In this document: positions 1 to 13,200 of the stretch, one piece after another
Layout: the number at the start of each line of letters is the position of its first letter
How positions within the stretch are numbered: the first letter of the stretch is position 1
Assembly (NCBI GenBank): GCA_943704425.1
Contig: CALSCP010000945.1
Span: 120,355-154,088, forward strand
Direction of reading: 5' to 3'
Length of the DNA: 33,734 bases
From: Ministeria vibrans ATCC 50519
Taxonomy: Eukaryota; Protista; Filasterea
Translations under genes and position numbers: made by a program
The notes under the pieces: generated by a model
What the model was told of the DNA's origin: nothing
The model's database searches: none
What the model saw: only the letters and a program-made list of their open reading frames with translations

Positions 1-96
<96 letters not shown>
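1..96. repeat. (CT)n microsatellite in a HEATR6 intron
   Basis: Directly visible dinucleotide run. Confidence 0.95.
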
Positions 97-132
97 ACCT
101 CTCGACCTCTCGCTTGATTGGTCTCTGTGTAC

Positions 133-2178
133 CTGTCGCATTGGGTCGGAGAGCACAAGGACACCAAGCGCACGAATGGCGGCGGCAGAGACGGCCGTGT
201 CGGCAGTGGAGGGTGGCACGGGAGGCGACGCAGGCGGATTGTCAGTGGTGGTGGTGGGGGTGACGAGTGAAAGGAGTATGAGAATGGCGGTGTGGAGTTG
301 ACGGGGCGGGATGGAGGCAAGGAGAGAAGCGGGTATAGACGAGATGGTGTCGCATGCAGCGGCAGCGACAGATGAGACTGGGTCGCGGAGGAGAGTGGGG
401 AGAGTGAAAGAGAGAAGATGCGTCCAGAATGGCGGTGGAGGAAGACGGTGGGCGTGGGAGGAGGGCAACGCGGCAATGTGCTCAAAGACCTTGACGGAGA
501 ACATGCGCATAGAGGCGTCAGGGTCGGCACAGCCTTGGTGGGCGAGCGCACAGATGCGATTCTGTGTCGCTTCGTCATCTTCGGTGGGCGGACCATCGCT
601 GAGACGCTCGAGTGAGGCACAGATGCACTGGCTCGCTTCGACACGGACAGTCGTGGTGGGTTCGTGTGCCGAGTCGTACAAGTCAATGAAGCGACGCACG
701 AGGGCCGTAGGGTAGGTAAGCGTGGGTGAGGCGGCGAGACAGGCGAGTGCGGCAGCGCGCACGGAATGGTCGGTGGCCCAAAGATGCGTCTGACATGCCT
801 CGACAGTGCGCTGCTGCCAGTTTTGGGTGAGTTGTGCAAAGGGAACGACGGCAACGACAGCAGCAAGAGCACGCAGGGCGGCCGTGAGCGCCACCGGATG
901 TGTCTCACCTGATGATGCAGAGGACGTGTCGGTGCACGCTTCGGACGGGGGAGATCCACCAGTGGCAAGAAGGAGGGCCGAGAGGGTGGCGGTAACACGG
1001 GAGGCAAGCGAATGTGCAAGTGGGGTAAACGACGATGACGACGGTTGGCTCTGAGACGCGTCTGAAGCGGTAGTCAGAAAGAGACGTGCGCCATCGTGCA
1101 GCTGAGCAATAGTGGTAGCGGCTGCGGCACGCACACGGAAGTCAGGGTCATCGTGAAGACACGATAGGATAGAGGGTTCGCTGGCAATGGAGTCGGGAAA
1201 TCGAGTGGGAAAAAGAAGAGACCAGCCGGCGTGGACTTCACGCCGTGCAAGCACACGTGTAAAGGCCTGCAGACAGGCGAGGGCAGTGATGCGCACACGC
1301 GACGCAGACTGCAGACGACGAACACCACCACCACTGACACCGCTACTACTACCATGCAAATCGAGTCCACTTGCGTCTGCGTCGCTGTCGGACGTGACAA
1401 GAGGGGTTGGTGGCGTGGCCAAGGAGACGCGTGATGATTGCGTTGAAGGGAATGGAGTCGAAAGGACAGGGGCGCGCGCGTGCTGAATGAGACGCACCAG
1501 TGCACCCATTGCCGAACCCAGGCGCACCGTGGGAAGCCCCTTGCAGGTCATGAGAATCGACTGGATGCCTCGCAGCACAGCTGCAAGCAGGCGCATGCGG
1601 CCATTGGAGTCTTCCAGTGGCGAGACGGGTCCTTTGGCGCGCAACAGTGCCGCATCAACACGTCGCAACTTGGCTGCAAAATGCTCAATTTCTTCCACTA
1701 AATCTAGGAGCACGTCAAGTGCCGCCGGTATTTGCGAAGCGATCGAATTGGACGCAGATCCCCCCGCAGCAGCCGCAGCTAAAGACTTCTTTCGCAGAGC
1801 ATTTGATGACGATGTCGTCGGAGCACCTGACGACGCGGCGCCTTGCTGCTGGCTGGAGCAGAGTGATACAATGCATGAGACAGCAAGGCGACGCACATCG
1901 GGAGTTTCCATGCGGCGGCGTGCAATCTCCATGCACACCGACAGAATGGCAGTTGAGCGTTCGAGACTGGAAGAGAGAGGAGAAAGAAACAAATTGATAG
2001 AGACAGAGAGAGAGAGAGAGAAGCAAAGTGAGAGAGGAGAAAGAAACAAAGTGATAGAGAGAGAGAGAGAGAGAGAGAAGCAAAGTGAGAGAGGAGAAAG
2101 AAACAAAGTGATAGAGAGAGAGAGAGAGAGAGAAGCAAAGTGAGAGAGGAGAAAGAAACAAAGTGATAGAGAGAGAGA

Positions 2179-2235
<57 letters not shown>

Positions 2236-2916
2236 AAGAAACAAAGTGATGGAACACCAAAGAATGATCGGTAACTTGAAAGGAAGCGGAGCAGTGACAT
2301 ACCTGCATGTTTGCCAGCCACCATAGACTGACGCCCCAATGGCGCGCAGGGCGTCTTCGCGTACAACAACGCCCGCTACGACGACGGCCGAATGATGAGT
2401 TGTGAGATGGGACACTTTGATTGGGGAAAACACTGTTGTACCAATGCCTGGGGAATTGAGCTGGCGTAGGCTGGCGTCGACGAGTATCTCACGGCCACTG
2501 TCGCCCAGGAGAACGCGTTGTCGGGCAGCGAGACGCGCCGCAAGCGAAAGGAGCTGGCCAGCCAGTTCTTGGTTGACGCTTGCGTGCAAGACAAGGTGGG
2601 ACGAGCGCGCAATGAGGACAGACGCAGACGCATCGTCGCTAAAGGGATCCTCGCTGTTGGTCGTTGTCGTCCAGCCCGAAATCGGGAAGGAGAATTCGAG
2701 GGCATCGGCGAGAAGCACACGAATGGCGTTTGAGTCGACCGCGTCCACTGCACACATACACACACACACACCAACAAAGAGCGGTAAGACAGGCCCAACA
2801 CGGTCACATTCGGGGCGTTGGAGGAGTGTACCGCTCGAATTGACCAGCGTGGGCTGGTCGACAAGGACAACGAGACGGGCGCACAGGTCGCGCCAACGTC
2901 GAAGGCAGTCCGACAT
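133..2916 (-). CDS. HEATR6: HEAT repeat-containing protein 6-like (DUF4042); 5' part only, gene continues past the left window edge
   Basis: ATG at 2916; probable introns 2831-2748 and 2302-1967; donor at 132 into a (CT/AG)n intron. Translation includes RVRITALACLQAF..WSLLFP..SILSCLHDDPDFRVRAAAA..LHDGARLFL..SSFTPLAHSLAS, which resembles HEATR6 from memory. Missing from the ORF track, probably because the frame has no stop before the edge. Confidence 0.75.
1972..2250. repeat. Compound tandem repeat, about 5 units of GAGAGGAGAAAGAAACAAAGTGATA(GA)n(AGCAAAGT), in a HEATR6 intron
   Basis: Units start near 1975, 2030, 2088, 2142 and 2226. Confidence 0.9.
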
Positions 2917-3031
2917 GAATTGAACGATCAAAAAAACTGATTGGTTATTTGGTTTCAACTTTCAAACTTCAAACTTATTCATCATCACTCTCACCCTTCT
3001 CTCTCGACGATTGGTCCGTTTTGGGCGCATC

Positions 3032-3963
3032 ATGGCAGCAACGTCGTCTTCGGCATCCTCGAGTGCACCCGTCGCGCAAGCCGGGCACACCCTGATTGAT
3101 TGTGACGCCAACTTGTTGCATGATGATCTTCGTGATCAACTTGAGGAGCACATTGATCGGGCGCGCGCTCTGGGCGTGCACCACTTTGTTGTCCCTGGCA
3201 GCACCCTGGATGACAGTTTAGCGGCGATCGAGCTGGCACGCCGTCGTCCGGGCACAGTGGTCGCCACAGCGGGTGTTCATCCCTTCCATGCGGGCCAACT
3301 GGTAAGGCGGCCAATGAAAAACACCCCAGAGCTGCCGTTCACCGGGGCCATGTGTAGTCTGAATTGGACGCAACCATGGCCGAGGTGGAGCGTTTGGCGA
3401 TGATGCCGGAAGCGCGCTGTGTTGGCGAGTGTGGTCTGGACTACAGCGAAGGGTTTCCGCCGCGCGAGCGACAGCTGCCCCTTTTCGAGCGACACATTGA
3501 ACTGGCGTGTCGGCTGAAGCAACCGCTCTTTGTGCACTCGCGCGCCGCCCACGACGACGTTATGCGTCTACTGCGCAAGCACCAGCAGCACCTGCCGCCT
3601 CTCTTGGTGCACTGTTTCACGGAAACACAGCTCGAAATGGATGCTTATCGCTCACTCGACGCCTTCATCTCATTCAGCGGCTGGCTCCTCAGCCCGAAGA
3701 AGGTTGCGGCCGCCGGCGTTGCTGACATTGCTGCGCTTGTGCAGAGTGTGCCTTCAGAGCGGTTGCTGCTCGAGACGGACGCGCCCTACATGGGCTTTAA
3801 GGGCTGTCGGGCCACCGAGACCCGCAAACCCAAAGCAAACTCGCCCAATGTGCCCGCGTCGCTGGTCCGCGTGGCCGATGAGGCTGCCCGTCTGCGCGCA
3901 GTGCCACTGCAGACACTCGCGCAGCAGACAACCGATTGTGCTCGCTCTTTCTTCCGCTTTTGA
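3032..3963 (+). CDS. TatD-family DNase (TIM-barrel metallohydrolase)
   Basis: Exons 3032-3301 and 3358-3963. Motifs LIDCDANL, ATAGVHP, VGECGLDY, PLFVHSR, LVHCFT, LLLETDAPY. Confidence 0.92.
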
Positions 3964-4079
3964 CTCTTCTATCGCATGTCTCAATTGCTTGGTTTCTCAC
4001 AATCACTCTGTTTTTGTTTCTCTCTCTCTTACTATATCACTTTGTTTCTTTCTTCCTTCTCTCTCTCTTTCTCTCCCTT

Positions 4080-4179
<100 letters not shown>

Positions 4180-4488
4180 GTTGGCACTTTTGCTGTACAT
4201 TTTTTGTACGTATATTATTTACTATGAAAACTCGTGTGATTTGCAGTTGAAAAGTAAACCCTCAAATTTAACAGTATAACTCTGATTGTACATTCCTCTC
4301 TACCACGTTGTTTCTTTCTCCCTCCCTCCTCTCTCTCTCTCTCTTTATCAAATTGTTTCTCTCTGTGTGTCACTTGCTCTCTCTCTCTCCCTCTCTATCA
4401 CTTGCTCTCGATCTCCCTGTAGCCCTAACCCCCCCCCTCTCTCTCTATCACGGTGTTTCCAACTCCCTCCCCTCGCTCGCTCTTTTTC

Positions 4489-5151
4489 TTATTCGACGTT
4501 GCACTTGAGAATCTTGATGGGTTGCAACGGCCGATCTTGCGCAGTGCACTCCACCAACCCAATGCGTTGCAAGATGGGCAGTCCACTCTGGACGCGCCCA
4601 AATATCGTGTGTTTCCCGTCAAGCCAGGGGCACGGCGCAAGCGACAGGAAGAACTGGCTTCCGTTGGTGTTCTTGCCTGAGTTGGCCATGGCCAGAATGC
4701 CTGCACCAGTGAATTTGAGGTCGCGCGAGATCTCATCCTCAAATTTGCCGCCAAAGATGGACGTGCCGCCACGCCCCGTGCCCGTCGGGTCCCCACCCTG
4801 CGCCATGAAGTTGCGGATGATCCGGTGGAACAGCACGTCGTTGTAGTATCCCCTTCTCGCCTGAGCGTAAGACAAAACGTGTGTGTGTTAATCTTTTTTT
4901 CTGTGTCACGGACGTTTTAAAGACTTCTTACCAACTCGGCAAAGTTTTGGCATGTTTTGGGCGCGTGGTCCCAGTACAATTCGACTGTGATGGGGCCCTG
5001 GTGTGTGCAGGAACAACGTGTAATGAGCGTTTCGGTTTTTATGTGTTGGTTTTCGCACAACGCACTGACGACGAATGCCCTTTGCAGTGCGTACCATGTT
5101 GGTAGTCAGAGTGACGGTCTTGGGTCGCCACGAGGCGGAGGGAATGCTCAT
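4489..5151 (-). CDS. PPIL1: Spliceosomal cyclophilin, peptidyl-prolyl isomerase-like 1
   Basis: Exons 5151-5095, 4997-4932, 4860-4489. ITVELYWDHAPKTCQNFAELARRGYY, FHRIIRNFMAQGGDPTGTGRGG, TGAGILAMANSG, NGSQFF, WLDGKHTIFGRV. Confidence 0.93.
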
Positions 5152-5249
5152 GACTGAGCTCAGTTGTTAGATGACGAGTAGTACAAATAAATTCTGAGTG
5201 ATCTGAGATATGATTAAAATAATAATTTTGTTACTTTAACTTTGAGAAG

Positions 5250-7331
<2,082 letters not shown>

Positions 7332-7592
7332 GGGGGAAGATCTGTTCTCTCCTGACTCAAATACAACAGATTTTTCTGCCTCTTATAAACCCTTATGTTA
7401 CTCGCTCTTTGTATCAATCTGTTTTAATCTGTTGCATTGTATTCGATGTGTTTCTCTCGTCCGTTTGAAACAATACCAAGAAACGTGATGATTGATTGAT
7501 TGATCAGAGCCCAGAGGTCTATTTCAGTCTTAATCTTGTCTTTTTCGTTGACCTATATACGATCACCCTCTACTCTTCCCACCCTCGAAACC

Positions 7593-7825
7593 ATGGCCAA
7601 ATCGGACGGCGAAGTGCTGGCGCTGATCGAAGCACTTCACGTACTATCCCTTGTCCCTTGCGCCTGCCCTTGTGCTTATCGCCCGTCTCTCTCTCCCTCT
7701 CCCTCTCTCTCCCGTAGGCTCGCACAGAACAGATCTTTGCCGATGTCGATTCCAACGAGATCACCATGCCCTACTTTGAGCTGATGCAGAGACGCAACGA
7801 GTCAAGCTCTTCAAATGACCCGTAA
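7593..7825 (+). CDS. Small unknown protein (51 aa if it stops at 7825; may splice on into the gap)
   Basis: ATG 7593, intron 7641-7717 (GTACTA..CCCGTAG), giving MAKSDGEVLALIEALHARTEQIFADVDSNEITMPYFELMQRRNESSSSNDP. No family recognised. Confidence 0.5.
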
Positions 7826-7836
7826 ACCCAATTTCA

Positions 7837-7884
<48 letters not shown>

Positions 7885-8542
7885 NNNNNNNNNNNNNNNN
7901 NNNNNNNNNNNNNNNNNNNNNNNNNNNNNNNNNNNNNNNNNNNNNNNNNNNNNNNNNNNNNNNNNNNNNNNNNNNNNNNNNNNNNNNNNNNNNNNNNNNN
8001 NNNNNNNNNNNNNNNNNNNNNNNNNNNNNNNNNNNNNNNNNNNNNNNNNNNNNNNNNNNNNNNNNNNNNNNNNNNNNNNNNNNNNNNNNNNNNNNNNNNN
8101 NNNNNNNNNNNNNNNNNNNNNNNNNNNNNNNNNNNNNNNNNNNNNNNNNNNNNNNNNNNNNNNNNNNNNNNNNNNNNNNNNNNNNNNNNNNNNNNNNNNN
8201 NNNNNNNNNNNNNNNNNNNNNNNNNNNNNNNNNNNNNNNNNNNNNNNNNNNNNNNNNNNNNNNNNNNNNNNNNNNNNNNNNNNNNNNNNNNNNNNNNNNN
8301 NNNNNNNNNNNNNNNNNNNNNNNNNNNNNNNNNNNNNNNNNNNNNNNNNNNNNNNNNNNNNNNNNNNNNNNNNNNNNNNNNNNNNNNNNNNNNNNNNNNN
8401 NNNNNNNNNNNNNNNNNNNNNNNNNNNNNNNNNNNNNNNNNNNNNNNNNNNNNNNNNNNNNNNNNNNNNNNNNNNNNNNNNNNNNNNNNNNNNNNNNNNN
8501 NNNNNNNNNNNNNNNNNNNNNNNNNNNNNNNNNNNNNNNNNN
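7885..8542. other. Assembly gap (N run)
   Basis: Run of n preceded by a (CT)n tract. Confidence 1.
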
Positions 8543-8545
8543 TCA

Positions 8546-8953
8546 ATGGACGAACCAATGGAAGGCGAGGCGTCGGTCGACGAGATCGCGGTGGACACGT
8601 CAAAAAAGGCACTTGTTGAGCTTGTTCTCAAAATGCAATCGACTCTTGACGGTACCCACTGCCTCTGTTGCCGTCCTCACTCGCCTCTGCTCCCCCTCTG
8701 ACGTCTCTCTATCTCTCTACCTTCCTCCTCCCGCCGCCGTTGCCGTCGCTTTGCGTGTGTAGAGCTCTCACAGCGCGTCGACAATGTGCGCGAGTCCAAT
8801 GGGAAACTCGCAAGCGATAACGAACTTCTCGGCCAATACATCACCAATCTCATGGGCTCCTCCACCCTCTTTCAGTACGTCCACATCCCATATCTGCGTC
8901 CATCCACGACAACTCATCCCCCCTGTGTTCGCTGTAGAGGCTCAAAGAAGTAG
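8546..8953 (+). CDS. SCOC: Short coiled-coil protein (SCOC/UNC-69/Slo1 family); true start may lie in the gap
   Basis: Exons 8546-8651, 8763-8874, 8938-8953 give ..[58 protein letters not shown], matching the SCOC core L..RVD.V.EEN.KL.SEN..LGQYI.NLM. Not in the ORF track. Confidence 0.88.
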
Positions 8954-9545
8954 CGCAACAAACCACTTCGCTTTACCACTCAAATGCCTCAAATGTACAC
9001 CACCACGCAACTGTCTTCTCGCCGATCTTTGCTTCAGCTGTATCATTTTTGTCTCAGGCTTGTCATATTGTTTATCACAGACATAGGGACACCTAACAAT
9101 CCTATTCAAGTCAGAACTATACACTTCGTATCGTCGCTGTGGCTAGTGAGGCCATCTCAATGGTACGTCATACCCTCCAGTAGGGCCGTAGGGCTCTGGC
9201 ACCATGAAGGTGGCCGTCGACAAGGTGTGTGGAGTCGAAATCAGAGTTGAAACGAAACAATCGGTTGATCTCTTGTCTTGATCACCCCTGGATACGCACA
9301 CGAGAGGGGACTGGTCGGGTACAGGGCGGCCTGTGTCAGCTGTGTGCCGGTTGTTGACGTTGTGGGGTTTTTTCAAATGTCTGATGAGGTTGAGCTTGTG
9401 TCACCTTCGTTTTCTTATAACATTTAAATTTTTAACCTTATCTGTCATTCCGATGTCTGACTAAATTCTAAAACAAAAAATCGAAATTTCACTTCATTTA
9501 TCGCATTTATCGCATTTTATCTGCTCAACGCTCCACTTCGCGTCC

Positions 9546-10033
9546 ATGGTCGGGCTTGGGTTCCTTGCAGTCCTGGTGACGCTTGCTGCTCTGCCGCCAA
9601 CGCTGGCCGAAAACGAATACCCCACGTACGACGGCTGGTACCACAACGAGAACGCGCCGTCGTGGGGCGGCGTGGACACCCACCTGGTGCGGCGCGTGCC
9701 CCCCGCGTACGCCGACGGCGTCTACGAGCCGCCGGCCAACCGCCCCAACCCCCGCACCCTCAGCAACGCCCTTATGTCGGGCCTTGGCGGCCTCGGCTCC
9801 CTCCGCAACCGCACTGCCCTCATGACCTACTTTGGCCAGCAGATTGTCGAGGAAATGGTCGACGTCCAGCGTCAGGGTTGTCCGCCAGGTAAAACACAAG
9901 AAAAACCAAACCCCCCTAATTGCTATGATTTTTTTTTTTTTGAAACCGCGAAACTCACCGCGCTTGTACGCTGCTCCTCAAGTAGCCCTTCCCATCCAAA
10001 TCCAGTGCGTTATGCGCCTCGCTTGTGTGCGCC

Positions 10034-10068
<35 letters not shown>

Positions 10069-10221
10069 CATCTCTCTCACTCAGTTGCAACATATACCAA
10101 ATTCGTCACACACATCTCGCGTCTCTCCTCGCCGCTTTGCCGCATGGCTGACTCTGCCCTCTTTCTCTCAACCCTCTTCGTGTGCTGCTGTCAAGTGTGC
10201 CTCTCTCTCGTTCTTCCTGTC

Positions 10222-10257
<36 letters not shown>

Positions 10258-13200
10258 TTTCTTGCAGAGCGTACATTCCAAAGAAAAAAAAACGAAATAA
10301 CTCTCTCCTCTTCGTTTCACACTCATCTCGTAGAATTCATCAACATTCCCATTGAGCGGTGTGATCCGCAGTACGACCCGGCGTGCTTGTCGGACTCGAT
10401 TGAGATCCCGCTGCTGCGCAGTCGCTTTGACAAGCGCACCGGATCGTCGCCGAACAATCCGCGCCAGCAACTCAATGAGATCACGCCGTACCTTGACGCC
10501 GGGCTCTTCTACGGCACCTCCCGTGCCTGGTCCGATGCGCTGCGCTCCTTCAAGGACGGCGAACTGCTCGCCAGCGACGATGGGCTCTTTCCGGCCATCA
10601 ACAACCTGGGGCTTCCCATGGCCAACCCGGCCGTGCCAGCCGAGCACATTCTCAAGCCAGTCCAGCGCTTCTTCCGTCTCGGCAACCCCCGTGGCAACGA
10701 AAATCCTTTCCTTCTCTCCTTTGGCATTCTCTTCTTCAGGTGCCCACCTCCCCCACGAATGACAACCCCAATTTCACACTTGTAACTGACACTCCGCCCG
10801 TCCCGCAGAGAGCACAACTACCAGGCACGACGACTCAAAGCTCTGCAGCCCAATGCGACCGACGAGTACCTCTACAACGAGGCGCGCATGTGGGTCATGG
10901 CTCTGTATCAGTCGATCACCGTCAACGAGTGGCTCCCCGCCTTCCTCAACGACACCCTTCCACCGTACACCGGCTACGACAACAGCGTTCATCCGGGCGT
11001 GTCACACGCCTTCCAGACGTCCGCCTTTCGCTTTGGGCACACGCTTGTCACCCCCGGTGTGTTCCGTCGAAACCGCGCCTGCAACTTCACCGCCATGCCC
11101 ATTCGCACGTGCAATTCGTACTTCAACTCGCAAGACATTGTGCGCGACCAAGACGACGGCACTGTTGACTCGCTGCTGCTCGGCATGGCGTCGCAGCTGT
11201 CGGAACGCGAAGACCCCGAGGTCATCGAGGATCTCCGTGGCTTTGTCTTTGGTCCCCTTGAGTTTTCACGCCGCGACCTTATGGCCATCAACATCCAACG
11301 TGGTCGTGATCACGGCATGGCCAGTCACAATGCCGTGCGCGTCGCTTTTGGTCTCCCTGCGTTTACAAACTTTAGTCAGATCCACCCGGACCCTGCCGTC
11401 TGGACTGTGCTGCGCGACCTGTGCGAAGGTGATATTGAACGCGTCGATCTCTTTGTCGGCGGTCTTCTCGAGACGGTCGACGGGCCAGGCGAGACTTTCA
11501 AGGCGATCATCATTGATCAGTTTCAAGTACGTCGAAAGAAAAGTTTATGAATCAAATTAATTATTATATTTTTTTGTTTATTTGTTTTGTGACTGTTTGT
11601 TGTGTGTAGCGCACTCGAGATGGCGATCGGTGGTGGTATGCCAATCGTCGTCAGGGACACTTCAGCGAGGCGGAAATTGCTGAAATTGAGGCGACACGTC
11701 TGAGCGACATAATCATTCGTAACACCAACATTACGGCGGCCGACATCCAGGCAGACGTCTTCGTACATCTTGCGGGCGATCCGTGTCCCCAGCCTTACCA
11801 GATGTCGCCGGCCGACGTGCCGCCGTGCACGCCCAACGAGACCTTTGACTATTTTGATGCTTCCGACTCGGGTGCGCAAATTGCCATCATTCTCGCTGCC
11901 ATTGTGCTCTTCACGCTCGCCACCATCTTTTGGCTGTGGTACATGGTGCGATGCAAGCGCCAACGGGCCAAGCAAGTGACCGCGTCTGCCACGCTGGACG
12001 CCCTCAACCAACTTGCCGCCTCCACCTCCGGACAATTTTTTGCCGTCTTTGACCACTCCGCAAATGTCCAGCATCTGTCGACCATCGCCCCGGACCGCGT
12101 GTCGCTTAAGACGGCCGCTGGCCGAAGCTCGGCCAACAGCAAAGGAGGCCACTTGTGTCCCGGCGTGCCCATTTACGTGTACGTGCCCGGACGACGCAGC
12201 TCAGAGATTGTTACGTTTGACGACAGTCTCAGCATTATGTCGCGCACGCCCGTCGCCGACGTGCACTCCATGCTTGTATCGCGCATTGGCAAGCGTTTCA
12301 TGCTGCTGGTGCGCCTCCCAAAGCACCACGATCTTCTCTATGCCTTTGCCGACACGCATACCCGCTCGCGCTTCTCCGCCGCCATCATCGCATCCTACGA
12401 CGTGTGGTGCCCCGACGAGACGTTGCGCCCGACCGTCCGCGAAGGCTCACGCAAGGACCTCATCAAGTTTATGAAGTCCAAGAAGGAGCGCTCGCGCGAG
12501 CTGCGCATCTTCTTTGACTGCGCCGTGCGTCAGTCTATGTTGCCCTCGCAGGACACATCGGATCGTGAGTTTCTCGAGACTCAGCTGTCCACAGCGGAGT
12601 TTGCCAGTGCCTTTGACATGGCCGCTGACTCGTTCTTTGTGCAGCGCTTTATGACCCTCATGGATCCCCATCACGAGGGTTACGTTACCTTTCACTCGCT
12701 GCTCAACTTTCTGGTGCTCTTCTCGCAAGGCTCGCTGCGCGATAAGCAGCGCTTCATGTTTGACCTGTGTGACATTGACAGTAATGGACGCATCAGTCAT
12801 GGCGATTTCCTTCGTCTGCTTGAGTCCTGTGCGTCCGTATCGCGCTCTGTCGATCTCTCCGACCCCGCCCTCCTCAACGACACTGTGCGCTCGCTTTTCC
12901 TGCGTCAAGGTCTCAACCCCGAGACAGACGAGCTCACCTTTGACAATTTTTTGCTCGTCATGCAAGATCACGAGTCGGTGGTGCGCCGCATGAACATGTC
13001 ATCGGCGGTGTTGCGCAGCAGTATGAAAGATCTTTCGGTTGCACCCCCTCCACATGCCCCAGTCTCATCTATCAAGTCTCTTGTGCGCACGCACACGCGC
13101 AACAATGTCGAGGTGCCGGTAGCGTCGAGTTACCTTATGCCCGAGCCTCGTTCGTTCCTCACGGGCTTCCCTGCCCTCTATGGTCGTACAGCGCCCACTT

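Noticed and set aside
2748-2771. Apparent 24-nt mini-intron in HEATR6
   Set aside because: A better donor (GTACAC at 2831) in the same phase gives an ordinary 84-nt intron.
311-2923. Plus-strand ORFs over the HEATR6 region, and antisense ORFs over DUOX, FHAD1-like and the kinase
   Set aside because: Shadow ORFs of GC-rich coding sequence with no recognisable motifs.
7761-8762. ORFs of 265-315 aa across the gap
   Set aside because: Open only because of the N run.
9381-9412. CTGATGA, possible hammerhead ribozyme core
   Set aside because: No suitably placed GAAA or flanking stems.
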